DNA of 64,000 nucleotides from Rhizaria sp. SCN 62-66 (Eukaryota): NCBI GenBank assembly GCA_001724265.1, contig MEDY01000037.1, positions 1 to 64,000 of the forward strand, read 5' to 3'. Shown piece by piece: positions 36,114 to 45,812 of this stretch (position 1 is its first letter; each line of letters starts with the position of its first letter). The notes under the pieces were generated by a model. It saw only the letters and a program-made list of their open reading frames with translations, ran no database searches and was not told where the DNA came from. The position numbers and the translations under genes were made by a program.

Positions 36114-36229
36114 TGGCATGTGGTACGATTACAGTGCTGCTCTTCCTTTGTATGTCCCGAGCAATCTTAGAAAGCTAAGTGCTCGTGACATACGGAGGGG
36201 AGGCATCACTGTAATCAGTCACGATGCTA
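36114..36229 (+). ncRNA. Long imperfect stem-loop (pri/pre-miRNA-like) immediately downstream of the Dicer stop codon
   Basis: Nested pairings: gattacagtg/cactgtaatc, tgc/gca, tcttccttt/ggaggggag (G-U rich), gtatgtc/gacatac, cgagca/tgctcg, cttag/ctaag, loop aaag; lower stem tggcat-gtggt/gtcac-atgcta. The G-U pairs favour the + strand. Confidence 0.7.
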
Positions 36230-36400
36230 CTCTTTTCCCGTCACCGTTGAGGTGCGGAATACATTATGAATTATTTGGATTCCCATCGTCATGAGTATTA
36301 TGTATTGTACAGATATGAGTTAATTGTGGTATGAAATATATTTACTAAGATACATTTTTGTACATATAAATGAGAAACACGTGCTCCGGATGACAGTGGC

Positions 36401-39400
36401 TTACGCACTTGGCTGCTGCGGCACACGCTGCTCACCCTCGCCGTCGTTACCCTCATCATCCTGTTCACGCCCACGCTTAAGGCCACGGCCTCCAGCATCG
36501 GCAGCACTTTCCTCAGCGTCCATATCAGCGTCGTTGTCGTTCTCGTTGCCGGCTTCGTTCTCGTTGCCGTTGTCGTTGCTCAGATTGTTATCATCATCGC
36601 GCGCGCTGCGGCGGGACTCGGACTTGCGGTCAGGCATCACAGGCGCAGTCTTGAAGACCTCGCGCAGCAGCATCGTCGCGTACGTCGACGGTGGCAACGA
36701 GAAGCGCAGCGTGAGGTCCACGCAGCGCTTCACGCGACTCGCCTCCTCCGCGCGCCGCTGCGCATCCGCAATCGCCACGGCACGAGCGCGCGCGGCAACG
36801 ACATCGCCGCTGTCCTCGCGCTCAGCAGCAGCAGAAGGGGAAGCGTCGGCATCATCGACTTCAGCCGCAGTCGTCTCCGCCTCCGCCTCTGCCTGCTCGG
36901 CGGCCTCCTCCTCCTGCTCGCGGCGACGGCGCTGCTCCTGAACCTCGTCGTCGTCCTCGGACGCGGCCGTGAAGACGGCGTCGGCAGGCGCGGTCACGCG
37001 CGGCGGCATGGTCGACGCTTCGAGGCGCCACTCCATGCGCGAAGGCCGCTGCACAAGCTTGCGGTAGCCGCCGCGCAGCTCCTGCGCGCGGTGGTCCTCC
37101 AGCGTCAGCCCGTCGGCCTCGAGCGCCTCGGTCAGCAGCTTGCCAGCCGCGTGCGTGGGCAGCTTGATGTCACCGAAGCCGAAGATGGGCAGCACCACGG
37201 CGTCGAGCGAGAAGCGGCCCTCAGCAGCCTCGGCAGCCGTGACCACGTGCACCACAGTCTGATCCGACAGCGTCTCGCGGCGCGTCTCGGCCGCGAATGC
37301 GTCGTCCTCACCGTCAGTTCCGGCATCATTCGCAGCAGGGGCAGGCGCGGCAGCGTCCGCGACGGGCGCGGCGCCAACAGAGGCGGAGACAGTGTCGCTA
37401 AGCATCACGAGATCGCCCTCGACGGGCGCATGCAGGACCGTGCCCGCGGGGAAGAAGGCGGGGTCAAAGCGCGCCGACGCGGTCATGTTCCAAAGGTAGC
37501 TCTGGTACGCGTGCACGAACATCATGCGCAGCGTGCGCGGCACCGAGAGGTACGCCGCGGAGAAATCGTTGGGGCCGGCCTCGGCAAGCGCGCGCACGAC
37601 AGCACGCTCCATGGACATGAAGTAGGGCGCGGAGTGGAAGAAGGCGCGCAGGTCCATGGTCGAGGACAGCGCCTCGCGCACGCGCGCCACGTCGGGGCGG
37701 TCGCTCGCGCGCGGGCACAGCAGCAACCCGACGGCGCGCGCGTAATCGCGGCGCATGACGGCGTAGCCGATCATATGCGACGCCACAGTCGAGTTGCCGA
37801 AGCGCTGCTCGCCGAAGTAGTTGATGAAGCCGTGCGAGCGCAGCGTGCGGCACGCGGCCAGTAGCGACGACACAGGGCCCGCGCGCTCAGCGGCGAGCGC
37901 GCCAGCCTCGCCCTCGCCGCGCAGCGACGCCAGCAGCGCCTCCACGTCGACCTCCGTCATCTCGGGCTCCGTAGCTCCCTCAGCCGCGGCCGCGGCGGCG
38001 GCACTATCGAGCTTGGCGAGCGAAGAGATGGTGTTGACCTTGTCCATAGCGATGGACTCGCCCTTGCCAAAAGCGTCGACGGCGACGGGGCGCAGCGCAC
38101 GGACGCGGATCTCGAAGAAGTTGCCACCCAGTTCGCCCAGCGTAATCTTTTCCTTGGCGTAGCTGAAGTCGCCCACGGTGAAGTCCTCCGTCACAAGAGC
38201 AGTCCCGTCGGGGCCGCCAGTGGCGCCGCGCGCGACGGGGAAGCGCGCATTGTGCGCGCGCACGGCGCCCAGAAGGCGCGAGGCCGAGACCTTGAAGGCC
38301 GAGAAGCGCTGCGATGTCCACCCGCGGCGGTCCTTGGTGCCCGCGTAGCCGAAGCACTTAGGGTGCGAAGCCAGCAGACGTGCCAGCGCGCCGGCGGCCT
38401 CCATCGTGTCCTTGTTGGTCTTGGTCAGCGTGAAGTGCAGGAAGCGGTTCTCCTCGCCGCCCGGCCAGTTGGTCGCGTTGCGCGAGCGGCGGTCCATCAT
38501 GTCCGACCCCGCGCTCGCGTTGGCGCCCTCGCTGTTGCCGTCGCGCTCGCGGTTGCTCACGCCGGCGCCGCCGCGCGCGTAGGCCACGCGCAGCAGGTTC
38601 TCCGAGGAGGACTGCGTCGTGCGCGCAGTGCCCGCGGCCGACAGCGCCGGCGTCGGCGGCGCCTCGCCGCGCGCAACGGCCTCGGCGGCGGCAGCCTCAT
38701 CCTTCGCGCGCATGGGCACGGTGTCGGACACGAAGAGCCCGGACCAGCCCTGGCGGATGAGCTGGTGCACAGCCTTGCGCTGGTCCTTGTTGAGCGTGAG
38801 CGACTCCTCCGGGAAAAGGAAGAAGTCGAACGTGGCGTCCAGCGCGGGCTTAATAGCCGCCATCTCGGCCTCGGCCACGGCGCGCTCGCGCTCGATCTCG
38901 GCCAGCCCGGCCTCGGTCGCCGCCGCCAGCGCGGCCTGGGCCGCATTAACGCTCTCCTCGGTCACCACGACCTCGGCGCCCGGCGCGGCGCCGGCAGCAG
39001 CAGCGGCCGCGGCGGCCGCGGCAGCGGCCTCGCGCGCAGCGGCCTCGCGCAGCGCGTTGGGGAAGTATTGGGTGTTGGGGCGCAGCGCGTTGCGGCGCGC
39101 GTTAAGCGCGAAAATCTGTCGGCGCAGGCGCTGGTGCTGCGCGCGCGCACGCGCCCGCTCGGCAATTTTGGCGCGCGTGGCGGCGACCCAGGCGCGGAAG
39201 GGTGTTGCGATGTTAGCGCCGACGACGGCCTCGAGCGCCGCGCAGTGCTGCGCGTCGGCCGCGGCCTCGGCCTCGGCAGCGGCCGCCGCAGCAGCAGCAG
39301 CCGCGGCGGGGTCCTGGGTGTCGTCCTCCTCGACGGCGCCCGAGGCGGCTGCAATGGCGGCCGCGTAGGCGACGTCCTCCTTGGGCAGGTCCTGCGAGGG

Positions 39401-39943
39401 CACGCGCACGACGACGCCCTCGGGGGTCACCTCGCGCACGATGAAGTCCACGCAGTTGTGCTTCAGCACGCCCGTAAAGGCCGCACCGGGCACCAGGTAG
39501 CGCACAATGCCCGTCGAGGGGGCCATGCGCACAAGCGCGGCGTCCGTGGAGGCGGCGGCGGAGGGCAGCGCCGCGCCAGTAGTGGCGACGTCGGCGTCGG
39601 CGAAGTCGCGGGTGAGCGCGGCGAAGGTCGAGGTGAACGAGGGCGGCATGCCCTGCTGCACTGTAAGCAGCGGCTCCAGTGTCAGGCGCGTCTTGCTCTT
39701 GTAGGACTCAAGGTTCCAAGTGTGCGGGAACGAAGGGCCGTTGTCACGGAAGCCACCGCGACCGCCGCGGCTGCCACCGCGACCACCGCCTCCACCACGA
39801 CCGCCGCCGCCGCCGCGGCCACCGCCTCCGCCACGGCCGCCACGGCCGTTGCCATCACCGCCACCACCACGCCCACCACGGCCACGACTGCCAGAAAAGG
39901 CGCCACGTCCGCGGTTAGCAACAAAAGAAGCACCGCGCGTCAT
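36401..39943 (-). CDS. PUS7: TruD-family pseudouridine synthase PUS7 with N-terminal RGG-rich tail, ~1180 aa
   Basis: FTGVLKH..VDFIVREV, LHFTLTKTNKDT, YAGTKDRRG.TSQ (catalytic Asp motif), LGELGGNFFEI, GFINYFGEQRFG, VHAYQSYLWN, LRGGYRKL, FSLPPSTYATMLLRE. First ATG at 39943. Ends TAA. Confidence 0.92.
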   Translation of the reverse strand: MTRGASFVANRGRGAFSGSRGRGGRGGGGDGNGRGGRGGGGGRGGGGGRGGGGGRGGSRGGRGGFRDNGPSFPHTWNLESYKSKTRLTLEPLLTVQQGMPPSFTSTFAALTRDFADADVATTGAALPSAAASTDAALVRMAPSTGIVRYLVPGAAFTGVLKHNCVDFIVREVTPEGVVVRVPSQDLPKEDVAYAAAIAAASGAVEEDDTQDPAAAAAAAAAAAEAEAAADAQHCAALEAVVGANIATPFRAWVAATRAKIAERARARAQHQRLRRQIFALNARRNALRPNTQYFPNALREAAAREAAAAAAAAAAAAGAAPGAEVVVTEESVNAAQAALAAATEAGLAEIERERAVAEAEMAAIKPALDATFDFFLFPEESLTLNKDQRKAVHQLIRQGWSGLFVSDTVPMRAKDEAAAAEAVARGEAPPTPALSAAGTARTTQSSSENLLRVAYARGGAGVSNRERDGNSEGANASAGSDMMDRRSRNATNWPGGEENRFLHFTLTKTNKDTMEAAGALARLLASHPKCFGYAGTKDRRGWTSQRFSAFKVSASRLLGAVRAHNARFPVARGATGGPDGTALVTEDFTVGDFSYAKEKITLGELGGNFFEIRVRALRPVAVDAFGKGESIAMDKVNTISSLAKLDSAAAAAAAEGATEPEMTEVDVEALLASLRGEGEAGALAAERAGPVSSLLAACRTLRSHGFINYFGEQRFGNSTVASHMIGYAVMRRDYARAVGLLLCPRASDRPDVARVREALSSTMDLRAFFHSAPYFMSMERAVVRALAEAGPNDFSAAYLSVPRTLRMMFVHAYQSYLWNMTASARFDPAFFPAGTVLHAPVEGDLVMLSDTVSASVGAAPVADAAAPAPAANDAGTDGEDDAFAAETRRETLSDQTVVHVVTAAEAAEGRFSLDAVVLPIFGFGDIKLPTHAAGKLLTEALEADGLTLEDHRAQELRGGYRKLVQRPSRMEWRLEASTMPPRVTAPADAVFTAASEDDDEVQEQRRRREQEEEAAEQAEAEAETTAAEVDDADASPSAAAEREDSGDVVAARARAVAIADAQRRAEEASRVKRCVDLTLRFSLPPSTYATMLLREVFKTAPVMPDRKSESRRSARDDDNNLSNDNGNENEAGNENDNDADMDAEESAADAGGRGLKRGREQDDEGNDGEGEQRVPQQPSA

Positions 39944-40363
39944 GAGCGTGCTGAGCAAGAAGAAGGATCAAGTGCGGAGCGGGAGCGTACGCAGGAAGTG
40001 CGATAGACAAAGATAACATGAGATCAAATATGCATAATTTTGGGAAGATATTGAAAATGCTCTTAATATGACGATATTTGAGAAGTGATACTCCTGACGA
40101 AGAAATGAACTCACAAAAGGTGCCGAAAGGTGGAATCCATTGCAGCCTCCATACATGTGGCAGGAGCTGGTAGCAGGACAAAAGTCATGGACTTTAGAAC
40201 ATTGGGTTTCGTGAAATTCGTCGTGTATAGTGATTATGACTGCACTTTGGCATTAAAACAGCAATTTAATTTATTATGCATTTTATAGTCTTTCAAAACA
40301 GTCAGCCAATACCCTCTAACTTTCTCATCTTGAACTCGCCCATTGAATCGAACAGTGTCAGCC

Positions 40364-40873
40364 ATGTTCCGTACCGTTGTGGCTCGCGTGGCCTCCAGCG
40401 TGTCTGCGAGCGCGATGTCCTCCCGCGCTGCCGCTGCCGCTGCGCCCATGATACGTATTGCCGCATCCGTGCCTCATGCGAGCTCCTCGATGGGCGGCTC
40501 CGCCGTCATCGCTGTCGCCGTTACCCCCAGCATGCTGTTCGGCGCCGACTCTGCCCCCATGCCTGAGGGCTCCTCCTCTGGTTCTGGATCACGCTCTGTG
40601 GGCGGCGCACGCGCGGCTGTTAGCGCTGTGTCTAACGTTGTTGGTGGCAACCCCGTCATTGACTTCAACTCCCTTCTCGGCATCACCGATGGTAAGCCAC
40701 CTGACTCCCCACGCCCCCTGCCAATTATTCATTATCGCTGTCTAGATACGCACCTAAACAGTCATCTCATTATGCATATGCGTCACATTTATTGCAATTC
40801 CTTGCATCTCATGTTGACACACACACTTTGCTTTTTCTATTTTCGCTTCCGCGTAGACGATGAGGGAGGCTAA
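40364..40873 (+). CDS. Small protein (~114 aa) with a mitochondrial-presequence-like N-terminus and acidic C-terminus; exons 40364-40691 and 40857-40873
   Basis: MFRTVVARVASSVSASAMSSRAAAA (Arg/Ser/Ala-rich, no acidic residues). GTAAGC..CGTAG intron 40692-40856. Spliced end LLGITDDDEGG-TAA. Confidence 0.6.
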   Translation: MFRTVVARVASSVSASAMSSRAAAAAAPMIRIAASVPHASSSMGGSAVIAVAVTPSMLFGADSAPMPEGSSSGSGSRSVGGARAAVSAVSNVVGGNPVIDFNSLLGITDGKPPDSPRPLPIIHYRCLDTHLNSHLIMHMRHIYCNSLHLMLTHTLCFFYFRFRVDDEGG

Positions 40874-41279
40874 CTAGCCTTGTGGTGCTTACTCTCTTCC
40901 TCCTCTTTATCAGTGTCTGCGACGCTGCCCCCTCTGCACGCGCTACGCGTGCAGCGCGCTGAATGCCATTGCGCGGATTCCCTAAAGCACGATGCGACTT
41001 TAGCTGCGTTTCTTAAGTATCATTAGTCGTCGAAATAACTTCTCCCGAGTATCAACTGTCGTAGCATTACGAGCTCACGTTTGGCAACGGTGTGTATTAT
41101 GTATTGGATATATAGCACGAGACCCGTCTCTATCAAATAAACCACCTCTTTTAATATTAGTAACTGTCTCAAATGAAGTGGTATGCTTATGTATTCTCGT
41201 TCTAAGTAACTTTGTTAGCTGGCCCGTGCTCTTGCAGTGCCGCCTGTCCAGCCTCATCGAACTGCGCACATGCGCTCGC

Positions 41280-41956
41280 TCACTGCGAAGCGTCAATGTC
41301 GTCAAGCGCAAGCCCTAGCGCGTTCTTGTCCATGCCCCAGCGGGCGCGCCACGCCATGGGAACGGCGCTCCAGTCCATCTGCGCCCCTGCCGCGCCCCCG
41401 GTCAGCGCCGCCGCGGGTAGCGCGGGCACCACAGTGTCGAGAACCACCAGCGCGGCCGCCGTCGACGGCGCGGAGGCCGTGGTGTGGCCCGCAACGGCAG
41501 CAATAAGCGCGCCGCGCAGTGCAGTGAGCACGGCGTCCTTGCCCTGGAGCTCAGCCTCGGCCAGCGCTACGCACGCCGCGTGCGCCGCTGCCACGTCCAC
41601 GCGCGACGGGGCCTCGCCGAACGCGCCGCGGGACAGCACGGTCGCCACATCAGCGCCGCGCGTCGCCGCCACGGCCTTAGTGTAGTCTGTGGAAATCTCG
41701 GCAAACGCCTTGTCGACTAAAAATGCGAGATAGCAAGGAGAGAGGAACGGCGTGTGAGTTGGGGTTGTCGTATGATACGAGCTCGGACGGGATGATAGAA
41801 AGACGTGATAGACGTACGAGATGAAGAGACAGAGTCAAGCATGTTTATCAACAGCTCAGCGCGCTCCATGTTAATTAAACCAGGGGACTTGAGGGTCTCG
41901 CAGGCGCGCTCTACAACGGTGAGCCCGGCCTCATGTGCGGCCTCCCAATTGTCCAT
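41280..41956 (-). CDS. Hypothetical helical protein (~191 aa), weakly CINP-like; exons 41956-41818 and 41716-41280
   Basis: A 101-nt GTACGT..TTTTAG intron (41817-41717) joins MDNWEAAHEAGLTVVE...SSS-L-DKAFAEIS in frame. WEAAHEAG, ELQGKDAVL and a late Trp recall CINP spacing (by eye only). Ends TGA. Confidence 0.55.
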
Positions 41957-42548
41957 CACCAGTCAAAGGACACTATACGAAAAAGAGGAAGTATGAGTGG
42001 AGAATGAGATTTATGGTAGTATAATTCGGTGAAATTTGTTGTAAAATAGAATTGAACTCAAATCTATTGTTAAACAATGCTTGACGATCAATTAATATCA
42101 GTCGACAAATTTTTTCATTGACTAACCCCCCATCCCCAACCACTCTGGCTAGGCAAGTGTTCGTTGCAAAAGAGTCGAATTTGTCAATTTCAAGTGACAA
42201 CTGAGAGAAAAGAAGCAGAAAAGGAAAAATAATGTATTGAATCAAGTCGCTTGGGGTATAGTACGCACATTATTTGATGCCTTGGCAATGAAAATGCAAC
42301 AACAGACTCAACATTGCACAGTTAATAAAAAAAAAGGCAAGCGCCAGCATAGCGTTTAGAGATGAACAGTCAAGCATCCAGTTTCATCCAGGAACAAATC
42401 TTCAAATAGAGAGCTAGTAAAGGTATACAGGTGTACAAAATAGTTAACGAAGTCGTAATTTAAGGAGATTCTACACTCCAGATTAAAGAAAGAAAAAAAA
42501 AGTTATTCAAAAAATCAATCAATTAGCATGCGGTCACTCGTGCCATGC

Positions 42549-45500
42549 TTAGACGTTGCCGGTGGCAAGGAAGAGCATCGCGACCGCAATCAGCGCGGCG
42601 ATGGCAGCGGAGACCGCGGCGGGTGTGGCCGCGGCGTTGGTGAAGCGCTTGCAGCGGAACTTCTCGCAAACCGTGGACTCGCAGTCGGCGTCGGTGGTGC
42701 AGGCGTCGTCGTGGCGGCACAACAGACACGTGCTGCCGCAGGAGGACACGACGTCGCCGCCGGTGCCGCCGGGCGTGAGGCACGACGGCGCGAGGCTGAG
42801 CGTGGAGATGATGGCGGGGTTGCGCACCGTGGTGCTGGCCGCGGCCGCCACCAGCGCGGCGATGCCCACGTAGTCGGCCTGCTGCTCCAGCGCGTCGAGC
42901 GTCCACTGCGAGTGCGGCCGCAGCGAGATGGTCACCGACAGGTCGCGCAAGCCCTGCGCGCCGCTGGCGCCCGCCACGAGGGCCTGGTGCTGCACGCCGA
43001 CGTAGTCGACGGCCACGCCCACGGCGTCGGCCACGGACTGCTTCGCGGCGTTGAGCTGCGTGAACTTCAGCACGTGCGGCAGCACGATCACGGACGTCGC
43101 CGTTACCACCACGATGCTCTCGGCGCTGTCGGTGAAGGCCGGGAGGAACATGTCGGGCGCCTGCGCGGTCACGGCGCCGCCGCGCGCGGCCACGGCCAGC
43201 ATCGGGTCCTCCGACTCCTCGGTGGGCGTAGAGGGCGTGCGCAGCATGCCGTCGCAGAACACGCGCAGCGGGCCTGTGGCGTTGGACACGGCGGCCGCGT
43301 CGGCGTCGTTCTCCAGCATCAGCGCGAACGTCGTGTTGAAGGGCGTCACCACGGGCGTGCCCGAGAGCACGAGTGACACGTTGGCGGCCGAGGCCACCCA
43401 GGCCACCTGCGACGCTCTGCACGCGAACGAGCCGTCATCGACGGCCGTGGCGTTGAGCGTCCACGCCGCAGGCACCATGATGCGCAGCTCGTTAGACGAG
43501 CTGAGCTTGGCGTTCAAGGGACGCACGATGAAGGTGACGAGCCCCCAGTCTGCGCCGGCCACGGTGGAGTAGGGCAGCACGCGAGAGTCCTGCGTGCCGA
43601 TCACGGCCAGCCCCGCCAGCGGCAGCAGCATGGCGACGTCTGAGGCCGCGTAGCGCTGTCCGCCGACGTTGACGGCGGCCAGGTACGTGGTGCGCGCCTC
43701 CACAGGCGTCGCGGGAAGCATCACGGCCATCGTCAGCGTCGACGGCATCGTCACGGCGTGCGTGAAGACCAGCGCCATTGACCCGTCGGCGACGAGCGTA
43801 TAGGTGCCCGCGGCCGTCCCGTTGGCCAAGAAGTCGCCCGTCTGCGCATTAGGCAGCGGAGAGCCGAAGTAGATACTGTCGCCGATGCCGAAGGACGTGC
43901 GGTGCGTGGTGAGGCGGAGCGTGAGCGTGGATGAGGCGTCGAGCGGGGCGCCGGCGGGCAGCGAGGCCGTGCCGGAGATGAAGTTGGGAGCGACGGCCGC
44001 GACCACGGGCGACACGGTGGCGACAACCACGAGCGCGCTCTTAACCAACACGCTATTGAACAGGTTCTTGACCACGATGGCCATGGAGCCCGCGGGAGAC
44101 TCGTAGGGCGCCACGCTGAGCGCCGAAGTGCACTCAAGGCGGACCTCGCTGGTTTGCGACAAGGCCGCCACCGTGGTCACCACGAGCGACTGCGACGCGG
44201 CGTCGTACACGAACGAGTGGCGCGGCGAGTTGTTGAGCGTGCACACAGAGCTCCAGAACGTGGTGTTCGTCTCAGCGCGCCACGCCGAGGGCTTGGGCTG
44301 GCCGAAAACGAGGACGGAGCCCACGGGCAGCGCGACGCCGACGGCAGAGAGCTGCACAGAGATTGTGCCCACGTCGCCGGCCAGTCCGCTGGTCGTGATC
44401 ATCTTCACCGCGAACTCGGTATTGATGTTCGTGCCAGCGAAGATGCCAGTGTTGGAGGCCGCTAGCATCGACGACGGCGTCGCCGAGTCGAACAGTTTGA
44501 AGACATAGTTCGTGCGCGCGGGCGCGGGTGTGACACCCAGGAGGACGCCCATGCAGGTGACTTCAATGCGCGGCGTGGACACGGTGGCGGTGGACGAAGT
44601 CTTGTTTGCGAAGTTAGCAGTCAGGAACGAGTCAGTGAGCACGAAGTTGGACAGCAGCACGGTCGAGTCGGTCAGAGTGGTGCACGCAAACGTAGAGGCG
44701 GGCGAGGCGCCCGTGGGGAACTCGATCGCGACGCTGCCGGGGGAGTAGGTGCCGGCGACGGAGGCGATGCGCGCGGTGACGTTGACGAGCGCAGTCACAA
44801 CGGGCGACGTCGTCGTCACGCGGAACGTGCCGACCTCGCGGCCCACGACGGCGTACGAAAACGGGACCACCGTGTAGGTGTTTGCGTTGTAGGCGCGCAC
44901 CGTGGCGGCGACGCTGGCGACGGCGGGCGAGTAACCCGGCACCGTGAGACCGGAGCACATGACTGTGAAGCCCTTGGTGACGAGGCTGTTGACGGTGATC
45001 GAGATAGTAGGCACCAGCGTCGTGGAGCTGGTTGCCACGGCCAGCGCGAGGTCCGTCACAGCGCCCGTGCCGGCCATTTCCGTGACGGCGCAGTTGTCCG
45101 TGGTGACGATCCAGCGAGGCGGCATCGGCAACGTGACGACCGTGGAGGCGATCATCTCAGCCGGGTCCGGCGACAGAGCAATCACGGCTGTGAAGCTCGC
45201 GTTCGCCGTCAGTGGCACCAGAGAAGAGAAATTCGGCGTGACCGTGAAAGTCCCGTTAGGGTTGGTGAAGAGTGTCGAGAAAGTGAGCGACGAGGACTGG
45301 GCGGAGGTAGAAAAAGTCAGTTCGTCGTAGTCGATCCACGTGTTAAGCTGCAGCGACGTAGCCGTCACGTTGAAGGGCTGCTTTGGAGGGTTCGGGTAGG
45401 TCTTAATTTGGGTGCACGAGATAGTGTAGGGAGAACCCACCGGCGCAGTGTCAGTGTCATCAGGGAAGAGGATGCGGATAGGGGCATTTTCGCCCTCGGG

Positions 45501-45812
45501 GGGCCAACTCGCAACCATCAAGACGTTATTTGAGTCAGTGCACTGCGTCGCTTCTGACTTAAAAAAGAAGTAGTTCGGTGCGCCCAAATTCAACTGAAAG
45601 AAGCTATTGTTCGTCAGCACCTCCGGCTTGTTCGCCATCGTGATCACGAAGTTGTCGGTGCCGGAGTACCAACGGCTGGTCGTGATGCTCGTCTCACCGA
45701 GCGAGTCAAGCGCAAGGCTCGTCGGCGCAAACGCGCTCAAAGCCAAACAGCACAGCAGCGCTGCATAGAGCGCACTGAGCGTATATAGACGCGAAATCAA
45801 AAAGTTCCGCAT
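42549..45812 (-). CDS. Secreted, probably GPI-anchored cell-surface protein (~1087 aa) with Thr/Val/Ser-rich beta-type repeats and a Cys-rich juxtamembrane module
   Basis: Signal-peptide-like MRNFLISRLYTLSALYAALLCCLALSAFAPTSLA; periodic Cys pairs; SCLT..SCGSTCLLC..DACTTDADCESTVCEKFRC; small-residue site NAAA followed by a terminal hydrophobic stretch. Ends TAA. Confidence 0.75.
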   Translation of the reverse strand: MRNFLISRLYTLSALYAALLCCLALSAFAPTSLALDSLGETSITTSRWYSGTDNFVITMANKPEVLTNNSFFQLNLGAPNYFFFKSEATQCTDSNNVLMVASWPPEGENAPIRILFPDDTDTAPVGSPYTISCTQIKTYPNPPKQPFNVTATSLQLNTWIDYDELTFSTSAQSSSLTFSTLFTNPNGTFTVTPNFSSLVPLTANASFTAVIALSPDPAEMIASTVVTLPMPPRWIVTTDNCAVTEMAGTGAVTDLALAVATSSTTLVPTISITVNSLVTKGFTVMCSGLTVPGYSPAVASVAATVRAYNANTYTVVPFSYAVVGREVGTFRVTTTSPVVTALVNVTARIASVAGTYSPGSVAIEFPTGASPASTFACTTLTDSTVLLSNFVLTDSFLTANFANKTSSTATVSTPRIEVTCMGVLLGVTPAPARTNYVFKLFDSATPSSMLAASNTGIFAGTNINTEFAVKMITTSGLAGDVGTISVQLSAVGVALPVGSVLVFGQPKPSAWRAETNTTFWSSVCTLNNSPRHSFVYDAASQSLVVTTVAALSQTSEVRLECTSALSVAPYESPAGSMAIVVKNLFNSVLVKSALVVVATVSPVVAAVAPNFISGTASLPAGAPLDASSTLTLRLTTHRTSFGIGDSIYFGSPLPNAQTGDFLANGTAAGTYTLVADGSMALVFTHAVTMPSTLTMAVMLPATPVEARTTYLAAVNVGGQRYAASDVAMLLPLAGLAVIGTQDSRVLPYSTVAGADWGLVTFIVRPLNAKLSSSNELRIMVPAAWTLNATAVDDGSFACRASQVAWVASAANVSLVLSGTPVVTPFNTTFALMLENDADAAAVSNATGPLRVFCDGMLRTPSTPTEESEDPMLAVAARGGAVTAQAPDMFLPAFTDSAESIVVVTATSVIVLPHVLKFTQLNAAKQSVADAVGVAVDYVGVQHQALVAGASGAQGLRDLSVTISLRPHSQWTLDALEQQADYVGIAALVAAAASTTVRNPAIISTLSLAPSCLTPGGTGGDVVSSCGSTCLLCRHDDACTTDADCESTVCEKFRCKRFTNAAATPAAVSAAIAALIAVAMLFLATGNV

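Noticed and set aside
36114..36229. Canonical SECIS element or tRNA
   Set aside because: No AUGA/GA quartet, the internal codons are TAG rather than TGA, and there is no cloverleaf or T-loop motif.
41197..41282. Possible readthrough of the CINP-like TGA into a further ~25 protein-like codons
   Set aside because: No motif support; TGA is a normal terminator in other genes here.
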